NCBI GenBank assembly: GCA_963744145.1
Contig: CAVUSO010000001.1
Location: 5,152,001-5,216,000 of the forward strand
Reading direction: 5' to 3'
Length of the DNA: 64,000 bases
Origin: an uncultured cyanobacterium
Lineage (GTDB): Bacteria; Cyanobacteriota; Cyanobacteriia; Cyanobacteriales; CAWUOF01
The first letter of the stretch is position 1; each line of letters opens with the position of its first letter. The position numbers were made by a program, and so were the translations under genes. The notes beneath the pieces were generated by a model. It did no database searches. It was not told the DNA's origin and saw only the letters and a program-made list of their open reading frames with translations. Positions 8,774 to 18,151 of this stretch are shown piece by piece.

Positions 8774-11110
8774 ATGACTCAACAAAAAGCAAGACGCGAT
8801 CGCGGTCGCATATTAACTGACAAAGGATTGAAAAAAGTCTGGGATGCTATCAACGAAAAATTTCCAGATAAGCCCACATTTCAAGCCATATCGGATCTGA
8901 CTGATCCATTGATCAATCCAAATTCCGTCTATTCTGTTTCTGTTGATACTGTTTCTAATATATTGAATCGACGAGCTGGGGCTGACAAAGTAAGGATTGA
9001 AAGCCTTTTTACTGCTTTTGGGCTAAAACTAGATGCAAATGACCATATTTCGGTCAAAGATTATGATTTTGCGGAGAGTGAAAGGGCGATCGCAATTCCT
9101 TTAGGGCCAAACATGAATTTTGTGGGACGTGAAGGGGCGATCGCTGATCTTAATACTCGTATTCAACAAGGTGCAAAAATTATCGTTATACAAGCATCTG
9201 GTGGTGTGGGCAAAACGACTTTAGCACAAAAATATCTTAGAGCTGGAAGTTTTGACTTGGTGTTGGAATTTCTGATGGCAAAGGAGAAAGAAAATATTAC
9301 CCCTGTTGAAAGTGTGATTGAAGAATGGCTGAAGTCGGACTTTCAGGAAGAACCTGGGCGGGAATTATCCATAATGCTAGGAAGACTGAAAAGACAACTC
9401 CAGACACGCCGAGTTGGGGTGTTAATTGATAATCTGGAACCCGCACTAGATGGACAAGGCAGATTTATTGAACCTCATCGTCGCTATGTTGAATTGTTGC
9501 GAGTTTTGGCAGACGATTCAGTACAGTCTGTGACGCTCATTACCAGCCGCGAACCTTTGGCTGAATGTGTAGGTGTTACCAAATATTCGTTACCTATTCT
9601 TGACTACAAATCCTGGCAAGATTTTTTTAGCCACCGCAATATTGATATAGATGAGACAACTCTAAAAGAAATCCATAAAGCTTATGGTGGTAATGCCTTA
9701 GCGATGACTATTTTATGCGAGCCAATACAACAAGATGGAGGAATGGTAGCTTATTGGCAAGAACATAAAGTTGAAGCTGACTTATTGGTGGAGCTAGCTG
9801 TAGAAAACCTTGTAAAAGAGCAGTTTAATCGTCTCGAAAAAATTGACCCCGAAGCATATAAACTTCTATATCGTTTGGGATGCTATCGCTATCAAGATGT
9901 GCCGAGAGTACCCAGAGAAGGTCTATTGTGCTTACTTTGGGATGTGCCAAAAACACACAATAGACGAGTTATTGAATCTTTGCGAAGTCGGTCTTTAGTT
10001 GAGTGTGAACAGGGAGAGTATTGGTTGCATCCAATTATTCGGATAGAGGCAATCAGACGATTAAGAACAAATAAAGATTGGGAGAAGGCGAATCGTAAAG
10101 CAGGGGAATTTTGGACAGAACATATTAAGACAGTTGAAACTGTAAAAGATGCACTAACAGCCTTTGAAGCTTACCATCAATATAGAGAAATTGGGGATTT
10201 TAATCTGGCTGGCAATGTTATTACTAACGAGAAAAATAATAAATGGAGTAATGAGGAATTAGGCCGTTCATTCCACAGATTCGGGTTATTGCAACAAATG
10301 AGTACTGCGATTAATAAAATAATAAATGACCTTAGTGACAATACGGATAAAGGTAGAATATATAATATTTTAGGTGATATTTATTGGTCAATCGGATATA
10401 TTAAGCATAGTATTGAAGTACATGAAAAATCTAAAAATATTGCAATTATTATTCAAGATAAAGAACTGGAAATTGTTGCTTATTTTAATATAGGGCTTTG
10501 TTGTATAGATTTATTAGAAATGCAACAAGCAGTAGATTTTTTTGAAAAAGTTATATTATTTTCAGAAAATACAGAATACTCTAAATATGGAGTCCAGTCA
10601 TGGTATTGCCTAGCATTTTTAAAATCATTTTTTGGCTTTAAACAAGAAGCATTTTACTTAGTTGAAAAGAGCCAAAATGAAATTATATTTGATGATTGGA
10701 CTGCATGGGCTAAAGGATCTAAGTTTTTATTTTTGGGTCAAACATACAATAATTTAGAAGAATCTGAAAAGTCTTGTGAAATGTATCACAAAGCAATAAC
10801 TTTTGCTGAAGAAAGTTATTATACTCAAATAAAAGCTAAAGCTCTCACAGGTTTAGCAGAGCTTTATCGAAAACAGAAAGATTTTCAATCTGCTCTTTTA
10901 AATCATTCAAAATCAATCGAACTTCTGGATAAAATTGGTGCTAAATGTGACTTGGCTGATGCCTACTATCAGCTTGCTTTAACTTATCAAAAGATGGGTA
11001 ATTCTGACAAAAGTCAAACTGAATTTCAAAAAGCAATTAAACTATTCAATGAAATAGAAGCACCGAAACAAGTTGCAAGGGTACAGCAGGCAATGGGTAT
11101 AAATTGTTAG
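8774..11110 (+). CDS. STAND/NB-ARC NTPase with N-terminal HTH-like domain and C-terminal TPRs
   Basis: NFVGRE, Walker A GGVGKTTLA, Walker B VLIDNLE, LITSRE, GGNALA, HPII, then TPR repeats. Confidence 0.88.
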   Translation: MTQQKARRDRGRILTDKGLKKVWDAINEKFPDKPTFQAISDLTDPLINPNSVYSVSVDTVSNILNRRAGADKVRIESLFTAFGLKLDANDHISVKDYDFAESERAIAIPLGPNMNFVGREGAIADLNTRIQQGAKIIVIQASGGVGKTTLAQKYLRAGSFDLVLEFLMAKEKENITPVESVIEEWLKSDFQEEPGRELSIMLGRLKRQLQTRRVGVLIDNLEPALDGQGRFIEPHRRYVELLRVLADDSVQSVTLITSREPLAECVGVTKYSLPILDYKSWQDFFSHRNIDIDETTLKEIHKAYGGNALAMTILCEPIQQDGGMVAYWQEHKVEADLLVELAVENLVKEQFNRLEKIDPEAYKLLYRLGCYRYQDVPRVPREGLLCLLWDVPKTHNRRVIESLRSRSLVECEQGEYWLHPIIRIEAIRRLRTNKDWEKANRKAGEFWTEHIKTVETVKDALTAFEAYHQYREIGDFNLAGNVITNEKNNKWSNEELGRSFHRFGLLQQMSTAINKIINDLSDNTDKGRIYNILGDIYWSIGYIKHSIEVHEKSKNIAIIIQDKELEIVAYFNIGLCCIDLLEMQQAVDFFEKVILFSENTEYSKYGVQSWYCLAFLKSFFGFKQEAFYLVEKSQNEIIFDDWTAWAKGSKFLFLGQTYNNLEESEKSCEMYHKAITFAEESYYTQIKAKALTGLAELYRKQKDFQSALLNHSKSIELLDKIGAKCDLADAYYQLALTYQKMGNSDKSQTEFQKAIKLFNEIEAPKQVARVQQAMGINC

Positions 11111-11147
11111 AAATTGGAGTTTCTAAGCCAATCCAGTTCAGTTAATT

Positions 11148-11222
11148 GTAGGGGTGAAGCATGTTTAGCGACAATTGAGCGATCGAACGAGTAACATTAT
11201 ATCCGAATGATTCGCCCCTACA
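11148..11222. repeat. GTAG-type REP doublet
   Basis: GTAGGGGTGAAGCAT...ATGATTCGCCCCTAC inverted arms. Confidence 0.7.
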
Positions 11223-11359
11223 CTTAACCGTATTTAGTTATTATATAGCGATCGCACCGATCGCACTAATCCCCCAACAAATTTTAGTAATACTAAACTC
11301 CAGTAATAATATAATGACTAAATAATAGCAATTATGTCCCCAATCAAAAAATCAGGGCT

Positions 11360-11452
11360 ATGACCCAGCTTAAACAGCTATTTCAAAACTTTGAAGAGTA
11401 TTTGTCCTATGACGATGGTACAAAAAACCTGTAGGAGCTTTTTAATGGAGAA
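11360..11452 (+). pseudogene. Uma2 family 5' fragment
   Basis: MTQLKQLFQNFEEYLSYDDGTKNL*ELFNGE matches the N-termini of the Uma2 genes at 44812 and 46643. Confidence 0.7.
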
Positions 11453-11607
11453 TGCTCAAGTTTTTGCAGTAGGATAAGCTAATACGCATCTAAATTTGAT
11501 CTTGCTACTATTGTTATAATATAGAGATGCCCTGGCAATTAGAGGGCATAAAAGTGTTAATGGATGAATACACTATCCATTTCGTCTAAGCTAGGTTGGT
11601 TTAAATA

Positions 11608-11928
11608 ATGCAAACTCAAGAACCCCTTAAGCAAAATCTACCCACAGAAAAATCCATTCGAGAACAAATTATTCAAGAGATTGAACAAACTCCCGACCCA
11701 ATTTTGGCGATCGCATTGGAATTTCTGCTATTTTTAAAGTCGCGATCGCCCCACTCATCTTTTTCCGTGCAAAAACCACCATCGACTGGAGCATCAATTC
11801 TCAAAACCCTAGAGCGAATTGGTAAATGGGAAGGAGATGATTTAGAAGAATGTTTAGATTTAATGTATAAATCTCGTAGTCGGATCTACATTCCTAGCAC
11901 TGATCGTGAAGATGGAGACTTGGAATAA
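11608..11928 (+). CDS. Antitoxin (DUF2281-like)
   Basis: EQIIQEIEQTPDPILAIALEFLLFLK; GKWEGDDLEECL; upstream of a PIN toxin. Confidence 0.7.
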   Translation: MQTQEPLKQNLPTEKSIREQIIQEIEQTPDPILAIALEFLLFLKSRSPHSSFSVQKPPSTGASILKTLERIGKWEGDDLEECLDLMYKSRSRIYIPSTDREDGDLE

Positions 11929-11942
11929 GGCTAAATTGGATC

Positions 11943-12398
11943 ATGTATTTGTTAGATACTAATCACTGTAGTTTAGCAATTCAAAATGAACCAAATATCC
12001 TTTCTAGGTTGGCGGAAATTGGCCAATCTCAGATCGCAACTTGTGTCATTGTAGAGGCTGAACTGATTTATATGGCAGAAAATTCCCAAAAAAGAAATAG
12101 CAATCTTAATCGAATAAATGAGTTTTTAAAAGATATTTATATCTACAAAATCGACTCAATAACTGCTGGCATTTATGGGAAATTTCATGCTGAACTGATG
12201 CAGAGATTTGGTCCGAAGGAAAGAAGTAAACGAAGGAGAACTCGTGTAATTGATCTAGGCTTTAGTCAACATGATTTATGGATTGCATCAATCGCCATCC
12301 AACACGGATTAACAATTGTTTCGACTGATCGCGATTTTAAAAGAATCCAAGAAGTAGGATCATTTGAAATAGAAACCTGGTATTCACATCCAACATAA
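11943..12398 (+). CDS. vapC: VapC PIN-domain toxin
   Basis: MYLLDTNHCS...HDLWIASIAIQHGLTIVSTDRDF. Confidence 0.92.
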   Translation: MYLLDTNHCSLAIQNEPNILSRLAEIGQSQIATCVIVEAELIYMAENSQKRNSNLNRINEFLKDIYIYKIDSITAGIYGKFHAELMQRFGPKERSKRRRTRVIDLGFSQHDLWIASIAIQHGLTIVSTDRDFKRIQEVGSFEIETWYSHPT

Positions 12399-12450
12399 GT
12401 TAACCTTGGATAGATGATTAATTAAAGTATTTGCGATCGCTTAATAAAAA

Positions 12451-12513
12451 CCGATTGTGCTTGATCCTAATATAGTGTCTGAACTGATGCACCCCAACGG
12501 CTCGTCGGTAGTT
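12451..12513 (+). pseudogene. VapC N-terminal fragment
   Basis: IVLDPNIVSELMHP resembles MIVLDTNVVSELMRP; lies between two HIP1 sites. Confidence 0.55.
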
Positions 12514-12593
12514 GGTCAGCGATCGCTCTACATCATATAGAAGTTCGTGGGCAGTAAAAAAATGTAGTTACAATATATAGTGACAATCAAGGT

Positions 12594-12647
12594 ATGGACT
12601 TTGAATGGGATGAACAACAAATTTACTTTTCGCAAATCTCAACCTGA
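12594..12647 (+). pseudogene. BrnT toxin N-terminal fragment
   Basis: MDFEWDEQ start, preceded by the palindrome TGTAGTTACA. Confidence 0.55.
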
Positions 12648-12657
12648 CTGGCAACGC

Positions 12658-12932
12658 TGATAGAACCAGAGCGAATTTTGTATTTAGCAGTTACGATAGA
12701 TATTTACGATGAATTTTTTAGTCGCAAATTTATTCAAAGAGTAATTGCCGAACATCAACTAAAATTACTGATCTTTAATTCTGAACTTAGTGGTTATCAA
12801 TGGTCTTCTTCTCATGGTCCAGATTTGCAAATTACCACTGGAACTACTACTACAGCTCGAGTAACTGTAGGAGAACGGGCACCCATCACCTTTATTTTAC
12901 CATTTTTGAGAGCTAATACCGGAATTTATTAA
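12658..12932 (+). pseudogene. Chimera of XisH C-terminal part and the duplicated HlyD 3' end
   Basis: EPERILYLAVTIDIYDEFF...LKLLIFNSE is joined in frame at 12787 to SGYQWSSSHGP...RANTGIY. Confidence 0.85.
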
Positions 12933-15230
12933 TATTTAGATTTTGCCAGGATGATGGAAAAGCTCCTCAACTATTTTAGGTCTTTTTATCTCCTATTGCT
13001 CAGGTTCAAAACGAAAATTCAAACATCTTTATTCCCAAACTTAAACCAGTATCGAAAACGGGAAAGAACTCCGACACTATTACAAATGGAAGCAGTAGAA
13101 TGTGGTGCTGCTGCTTTAGGAATTATTCTAGGTTACTATGGAAGAATTGTCCCATTAGCAGAATTACGCAAAGAATGTGGAGTATCAAGAGATGGTGCTA
13201 AAGCTTCTAATATTCTCAAAGCTGCTAAAAATTATGGACTTACCGGTAAAGGATTTAAAAAAGAGTTAGAAGCAATCAAAGAAATTCGCTGTCCTTATAT
13301 TGTATTTTGGAACTTTAATCACTTTTTAGTGGTAGAAGGATTTAGTAAAAAACGAGTTTATTTAAACGATCCAGCGACGGGACCTCGTCCTGTTACTTGG
13401 GAAGAATTTGACGAATCTTATACCGGAGTCATCCTGGTGATGGAACCAGGAGCAGACTTTGTTAAAGGTGGACGTAAACCTAATATTATCTTTGCATTAT
13501 GGGAAAGATTACGGGATTCATTAGGAGCGATCGCTTACTGTTTGTTAGCAGGATTACTATTAGTTATTCCTGGATTAGCTATCCCAGCTTTTACCCAGAT
13601 ATTTGTTGATCAAATTTTAATTCAAAACCGACAAGAATGGTTAAATCCCTTGCTTTTGGGTCTGAGTGCGACAGCTTTAATTCGGGGATTATTAGCTACA
13701 TTGCGGTTTAAATATCTCCGCTATTTAAAAATTAAACTAGCTGTCACCATGTCGAGTGAATTTATTTGGCATATTTTGCGTTTACCGATTAGTTTTTATG
13801 CTCAAAGATTTGCAGGGGAAATTGCCAATCGAGTCCGGATTAATGATCAAGTTGCTGATATCCTATCAGGTCAATTAGCGACAACTATTATTGATATGAT
13901 TATGATGATTTTTTATGGAATTGTCATGAGTGAATATGATTTAATTTTGACCATGATCGGGATTTTTTTCGCTAGTATTAATTTAGTCGCTTTAATGCAA
14001 CTATCCCGTTGGAGAGTAGATGCTAATTTACGGTTAGGACAGGAAGAAAGCAAAGCATCAGGATTTGCGATCGCGGGATTGCAAAGTATTGAAACTATAA
14101 AAGCATCTGCACTAGAATCAGACTTTTTTTCCCGGTGGTCTGGTTATTATGCTAAAACTATCAACGCTCAACAAGAACTAGACCTGCAAAACCAAGCATT
14201 GGGAACTTTACCAATCTTTCTAAATGCAATTACCTCGATTTTAATCTTAGTAATTGGTGGGTTACGAGTCATAGAAGGTAATTTGAGTATTGGGATGTTA
14301 ATTGCTTTTCAAAGTTTGATGGAAAGTTTTCTAGAACCAATTAACCGTTTCGTTAACTTGGGGAGTAAAATCCAAGAACTAGAAGGTGATTTAAGTCGTC
14401 TAGATGATGTTCTCAACAACCCCATTGATCCGCAAATGAAATTAATTGAGAACCAAACCCAATTATCCGGAACTGCTAGATCGACCACAACATTGATGGA
14501 CGATTATCGGTTACAAGGTTATGTGGAACTGCGAAATATTTGCTTTGGGTACAGTCCAGTTGATGCACCTTTAATAGAAAATTTTAATCTCCAAATCTAC
14601 CCTGGACAACGAGTAGCATTAGTAGGAGCAAGTGGTTCAGGAAAATCGACAGTTGCTAAATTAATTAGCGGATTATACAATCCTTGGGAAGGAGAAATTC
14701 TGTTTGATGGAATACTCCGGGAAGAAATTCCCCGAGCAGTCTTAATTAATTCGATCGCTATGGTAGATCAAGAGATTTTATTATTTGCTGGTACGATTCG
14801 CGAAAATTTAACTTTGTGGGATAATTCGATTCCCGATCGATATTTAATCCAAGCTTGTCAAGACGCAGCGATCGCTGATGTAGTAATCTCTTTAGAAGGT
14901 GGTTATGATGCTTACTTACTGGAAAGTGCAGGAAATTTAAGTGGTGGTCAACAACAGCGATTAGAAATTGCTCGTGCTTTGGTAAATAATCCCAGGATTC
15001 TGATTATGGATGAAGCAACCAGCGCTCTTGATCCGGAAACTGAAAAAATTATTGACCAAAACCTGCGACGACGCGGTTGTACCTGTATTATTGTCGCTCA
15101 TCGACTCACTACAATTCGTGATTGTGATTTAATTATGGTATTTGAAAAAGGAAAAGTAGTTCAACAGGGAACCCACCAGGAATTATGGGAAGAACAAGGT
15201 ATATATGCAGAATTAATTAGCAGTGAATAA
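12787..15230 (+). repeat. 2.44-kb direct repeat, copy B
   Basis: Near-identical to 1428-3871. Confidence 0.97.
12951..15230 (+). CDS. NHLP bacteriocin export ABC transporter with C39 peptidase, copy 2
   Basis: 759 aa; about 9 aa differences from copy 1; all motifs intact. Confidence 0.95.
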   Translation: MMEKLLNYFRSFYLLLLRFKTKIQTSLFPNLNQYRKRERTPTLLQMEAVECGAAALGIILGYYGRIVPLAELRKECGVSRDGAKASNILKAAKNYGLTGKGFKKELEAIKEIRCPYIVFWNFNHFLVVEGFSKKRVYLNDPATGPRPVTWEEFDESYTGVILVMEPGADFVKGGRKPNIIFALWERLRDSLGAIAYCLLAGLLLVIPGLAIPAFTQIFVDQILIQNRQEWLNPLLLGLSATALIRGLLATLRFKYLRYLKIKLAVTMSSEFIWHILRLPISFYAQRFAGEIANRVRINDQVADILSGQLATTIIDMIMMIFYGIVMSEYDLILTMIGIFFASINLVALMQLSRWRVDANLRLGQEESKASGFAIAGLQSIETIKASALESDFFSRWSGYYAKTINAQQELDLQNQALGTLPIFLNAITSILILVIGGLRVIEGNLSIGMLIAFQSLMESFLEPINRFVNLGSKIQELEGDLSRLDDVLNNPIDPQMKLIENQTQLSGTARSTTTLMDDYRLQGYVELRNICFGYSPVDAPLIENFNLQIYPGQRVALVGASGSGKSTVAKLISGLYNPWEGEILFDGILREEIPRAVLINSIAMVDQEILLFAGTIRENLTLWDNSIPDRYLIQACQDAAIADVVISLEGGYDAYLLESAGNLSGGQQQRLEIARALVNNPRILIMDEATSALDPETEKIIDQNLRRRGCTCIIVAHRLTTIRDCDLIMVFEKGKVVQQGTHQELWEEQGIYAELISSE

Positions 15231-15404
15231 GACCTAATTGGTCAGATTAATTTTGTTGTCAATACTCGATGGCGATCGCTTCCCCTATTCTCTATAAAAT
15301 TATTCTCGTCACCAGCTTTCATCATGGCGATCAAGGAATAGTTAAATTTTGCAGTTGCACTCAGTGTACTATGGATAAAGGAATTAAGAGTAGAGTCCCT
15401 TCTC

Positions 15405-16835
15405 ATGAGTGCCAGCAGCAATTCAGGAAATATTGTATTTGGAACGGATGGATGGCGCGGGATCATTGCCCAAGATTTTACCTTTGCTAATGTGCGAAAG
15501 GTAACACGCGCGATCGCCGGCTATCTCAAAACCGCTTATTCCCAAGATCAACCAGTATTAGTCGCTTACGACACAAGATTTTTAGCAGATCAATTTGCAC
15601 GTAACGCTGCTGAAGTTTTAGTAGACCTAGGTTGGACAGTGAAAATTGTAGATCGCGATTGCCCCACACCCGTAATTGCCTACAACGCTCGCGCCCTTAA
15701 TTCCGCAGGGGCTCTGATGTTTACAGCTAGCCATAACCCAGCTCCCTATTGCGGCATTAAGTATATTCCTGATTATGCCGGTCCGGCTACTCCAGAAATT
15801 ACCGATGCGATCGTGGCTAATATACCATTGGCTGATGATGCCCCAGCATCTGGTCAAAATACCGATAAAATCTCCACCTTTGACCCTAAACCAGATTATC
15901 TCAAGTTTATCTATACTCTGTTGGATCTCGACCGGATTCGCAGTGCCCATTTAAAGGTCAAGTATGACGCGCTCTATTCTACTTCTCGTGGTTACTTAGA
16001 TGAGGTTTTAAACCAGTCCGGTTGTGAAACCGAAAGTTTCCATACTTATCGAGATGTATTGTTTGGGGGCGGAATGTCCGAGCCCAAAGGAGAACAATTA
16101 GTTGAATTAGTAGCCGCAGTAAAAAAAGATCAGGCTGATTTAGGTTTAGCCACAGATGGAGATAGCGATCGCTTTGGGATTGTGGATGAACAAGGTAATG
16201 TCCTGACTCCGAATACAGTGCTATTACTTTTGGCACGTCATCTGGTCAAAAATAAGGGTAAAACTGGTGCGATCGTTCGGACTGTAGCTACTACTCATCT
16301 TTTAGATAACTTGGCAGCGAAATACGGATTGCCGATTTATGAAACCGCAGTAGGCTTTAAGTATGTTGGCCAAAAAATGCGGGAAACCCAAGTATTAATT
16401 GGTGGTGAAGAATCTGGTGGCTTAAGCATTATTGGTCATATTCCTGAAAAAGATGGCATATTAGCTGATATGCTCGTCGCCGAAGCGATCGCCTATGAAG
16501 GTAAACCCTTGAGTCAGTTAGTGAATGAAGCCATCCGGGAAGCTGGTGGACCACTTTATAACCAACGTCTAGATTTACATCTCAGTGAAGCCCATAAAGC
16601 TGCGGTATTAGAGTTTTTTATTAAAACTCCACCCAGCGCGATCGCTGACATTCCAGTGAAAGAACTTGGTCGTAAAGACGGGATTAAGTTATACTTAGAA
16701 GATGGTGGCTGGGTGCTGTTGCGTCCTTCCGGCACTGAGCCTTTAATCCGAGTTTATTTAGAAACTAATTCTGAGCTAAAACAGACTCAAGTGGCCGAAT
16801 ATATGCAGAGCCTGATTAACAAATTAGGTAAATAA
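15405..16835 (+). CDS. Phosphoglucomutase/phosphomannomutase
   Basis: FGTDGWRG, TASHNP, DGDSDR, GEESGG, RPSGTEP. Confidence 0.95.
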   Translation: MSASSNSGNIVFGTDGWRGIIAQDFTFANVRKVTRAIAGYLKTAYSQDQPVLVAYDTRFLADQFARNAAEVLVDLGWTVKIVDRDCPTPVIAYNARALNSAGALMFTASHNPAPYCGIKYIPDYAGPATPEITDAIVANIPLADDAPASGQNTDKISTFDPKPDYLKFIYTLLDLDRIRSAHLKVKYDALYSTSRGYLDEVLNQSGCETESFHTYRDVLFGGGMSEPKGEQLVELVAAVKKDQADLGLATDGDSDRFGIVDEQGNVLTPNTVLLLLARHLVKNKGKTGAIVRTVATTHLLDNLAAKYGLPIYETAVGFKYVGQKMRETQVLIGGEESGGLSIIGHIPEKDGILADMLVAEAIAYEGKPLSQLVNEAIREAGGPLYNQRLDLHLSEAHKAAVLEFFIKTPPSAIADIPVKELGRKDGIKLYLEDGGWVLLRPSGTEPLIRVYLETNSELKQTQVAEYMQSLINKLGK

Positions 16836-16839
16836 TTCA

Positions 16840-16864
16840 CAGGGGCGTTCTCACTACGCCCCTG
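16840..16864. terminator. GC-rich hairpin (REP-like) after pgm
   Basis: CAGGGGCGT-7 nt-ACGCCCCTG; no clear U tract. Confidence 0.45.
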
Positions 16865-16878
16865 AACGATTTACTATT

Positions 16879-17154
16879 ATGCAAGTTATCCCCAATCTAA
16901 TTGCAACTTTCATGATCGCGATTGGGATCATGGCGATCGCCATCCTCTCAGTCCAAAATGCGACACCAATAGAACTAAAATTTCTCGTTTTTAAATCCAT
17001 TCAAATTCCCTTGGGCATAGTTTTAGCCGGTAGTATTGCTGGGGGAACCTGGTTGGGAATTATGGTGCAAATGACGATCATCAACCATCCTGGTCTTGAT
17101 AAATTTACCGAGACTGAATCAAATTCTGCTCAAAAAGAAGATGAAGAGCGCTGA
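16879..17154 (+). CDS. LapA/DUF1049-like small membrane protein
   Basis: ILSVQNATPI.LKFL...IQIPLG; two TM segments. Confidence 0.75.
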   Translation: MQVIPNLIATFMIAIGIMAIAILSVQNATPIELKFLVFKSIQIPLGIVLAGSIAGGTWLGIMVQMTIINHPGLDKFTETESNSAQKEDEER

Positions 17155-17200
17155 TCAATTTGGGAGAATTGCTCTTCACTTCCATCGGGTTGATTGGTTG

Positions 17201-18136
17201 TTAAAATGAATATACTTGACCATCAATCAACAGACGAGTAATGCCTTTAGCTTGCAAATAAGGACCTGCCTTTTGGAGCATTCTCCCATCGGGAATTTTG
17301 ATGATTCGTTGAGCGCGAGTTGAGAAACGACGAGCTACCCGATGATTATCAAAAATCGGTAGAGTCTTTTCCATCACTTCTTGGTGAGGAATTTGGCCTA
17401 AGTCGCTAAATTCTTTGAGAGGACGAACAATTAATTCTGCCGAACGGTCTATTACTAGATAGCAGATTTTGGGAATCGCAGCTTCCGAAAGAGGTAAAAC
17501 CTGAACCGCCACACCTGGTCTGAGTTTACGCGGCCATAGGGGTAAATCATCAAAGGAATCATCATCTAAATCCTCATCATCTAAATCCTCATCTAAATCG
17601 CCTAGATCCTCATCTTCCCGATCTAACAGGTCTTCTCCCAACATTTCTTCATAGGCACCTGGCAGGGGATCGTAAACATCATCGAAGGGATCTAAACTCT
17701 CAACTACTTTCTTAGTCCGAACCTCAATTGGTGGTAATTGGGGTTTGATCACAGGTGTTTTTAATGGGGGTTCAAAGTTATTTGATTCCGGTTCAGAGAC
17801 AAGAGAAGAACGTTTTCTAATTCGGCGATTAGCAGGGGGTAAAGAGAAGTCAGAGTCTTCATCTAGACGCGACGACGTTACTCGTCGCGTCTGAACAGGT
17901 GATTCAACTGCTGATGCCTGACTTTCGACTGCACTACCGTGCGAACGAGAAGAGCGCTTTTTTTGCTCAACTAGACTGCCATATTCGGGCTCAGATAAGC
18001 TACTTTTCAGAATACGGCTAATCGTCGAATTACTAACATTATAGCGATTGGCTAGGGTCAGAGTAGTTTCCCCAGGCTGTCGATATAGATTGAGTATTTC
18101 GGTTTTGTCTGCATCAGTAAGTTTTCGAGAAGTCAT
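17201..18136 (-). CDS. Conserved cyanobacterial protein with N-terminal HTH and acidic linker
   Basis: LTDADKTEILNLYR...LANRYNVSNSTISRILK; D/E-rich middle; conserved-looking C-terminus. Confidence 0.75.
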   Translation of the reverse strand: MTSRKLTDADKTEILNLYRQPGETTLTLANRYNVSNSTISRILKSSLSEPEYGSLVEQKKRSSRSHGSAVESQASAVESPVQTRRVTSSRLDEDSDFSLPPANRRIRKRSSLVSEPESNNFEPPLKTPVIKPQLPPIEVRTKKVVESLDPFDDVYDPLPGAYEEMLGEDLLDREDEDLGDLDEDLDDEDLDDDSFDDLPLWPRKLRPGVAVQVLPLSEAAIPKICYLVIDRSAELIVRPLKEFSDLGQIPHQEVMEKTLPIFDNHRVARRFSTRAQRIIKIPDGRMLQKAGPYLQAKGITRLLIDGQVYSF

Positions 18137-18151
18137 GCCGCGTACTTTGCC

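Noticed and set aside
15242..15490. Short ORFs between the ABC gene and pgm, and other short antisense ORFs inside long genes
   Set aside because: Overlap well-supported genes or promoter regions and show no recognisable motifs
17201..18136. Transposase
   Set aside because: Only an N-terminal HTH; no DDE motif, terminal repeats or target duplication
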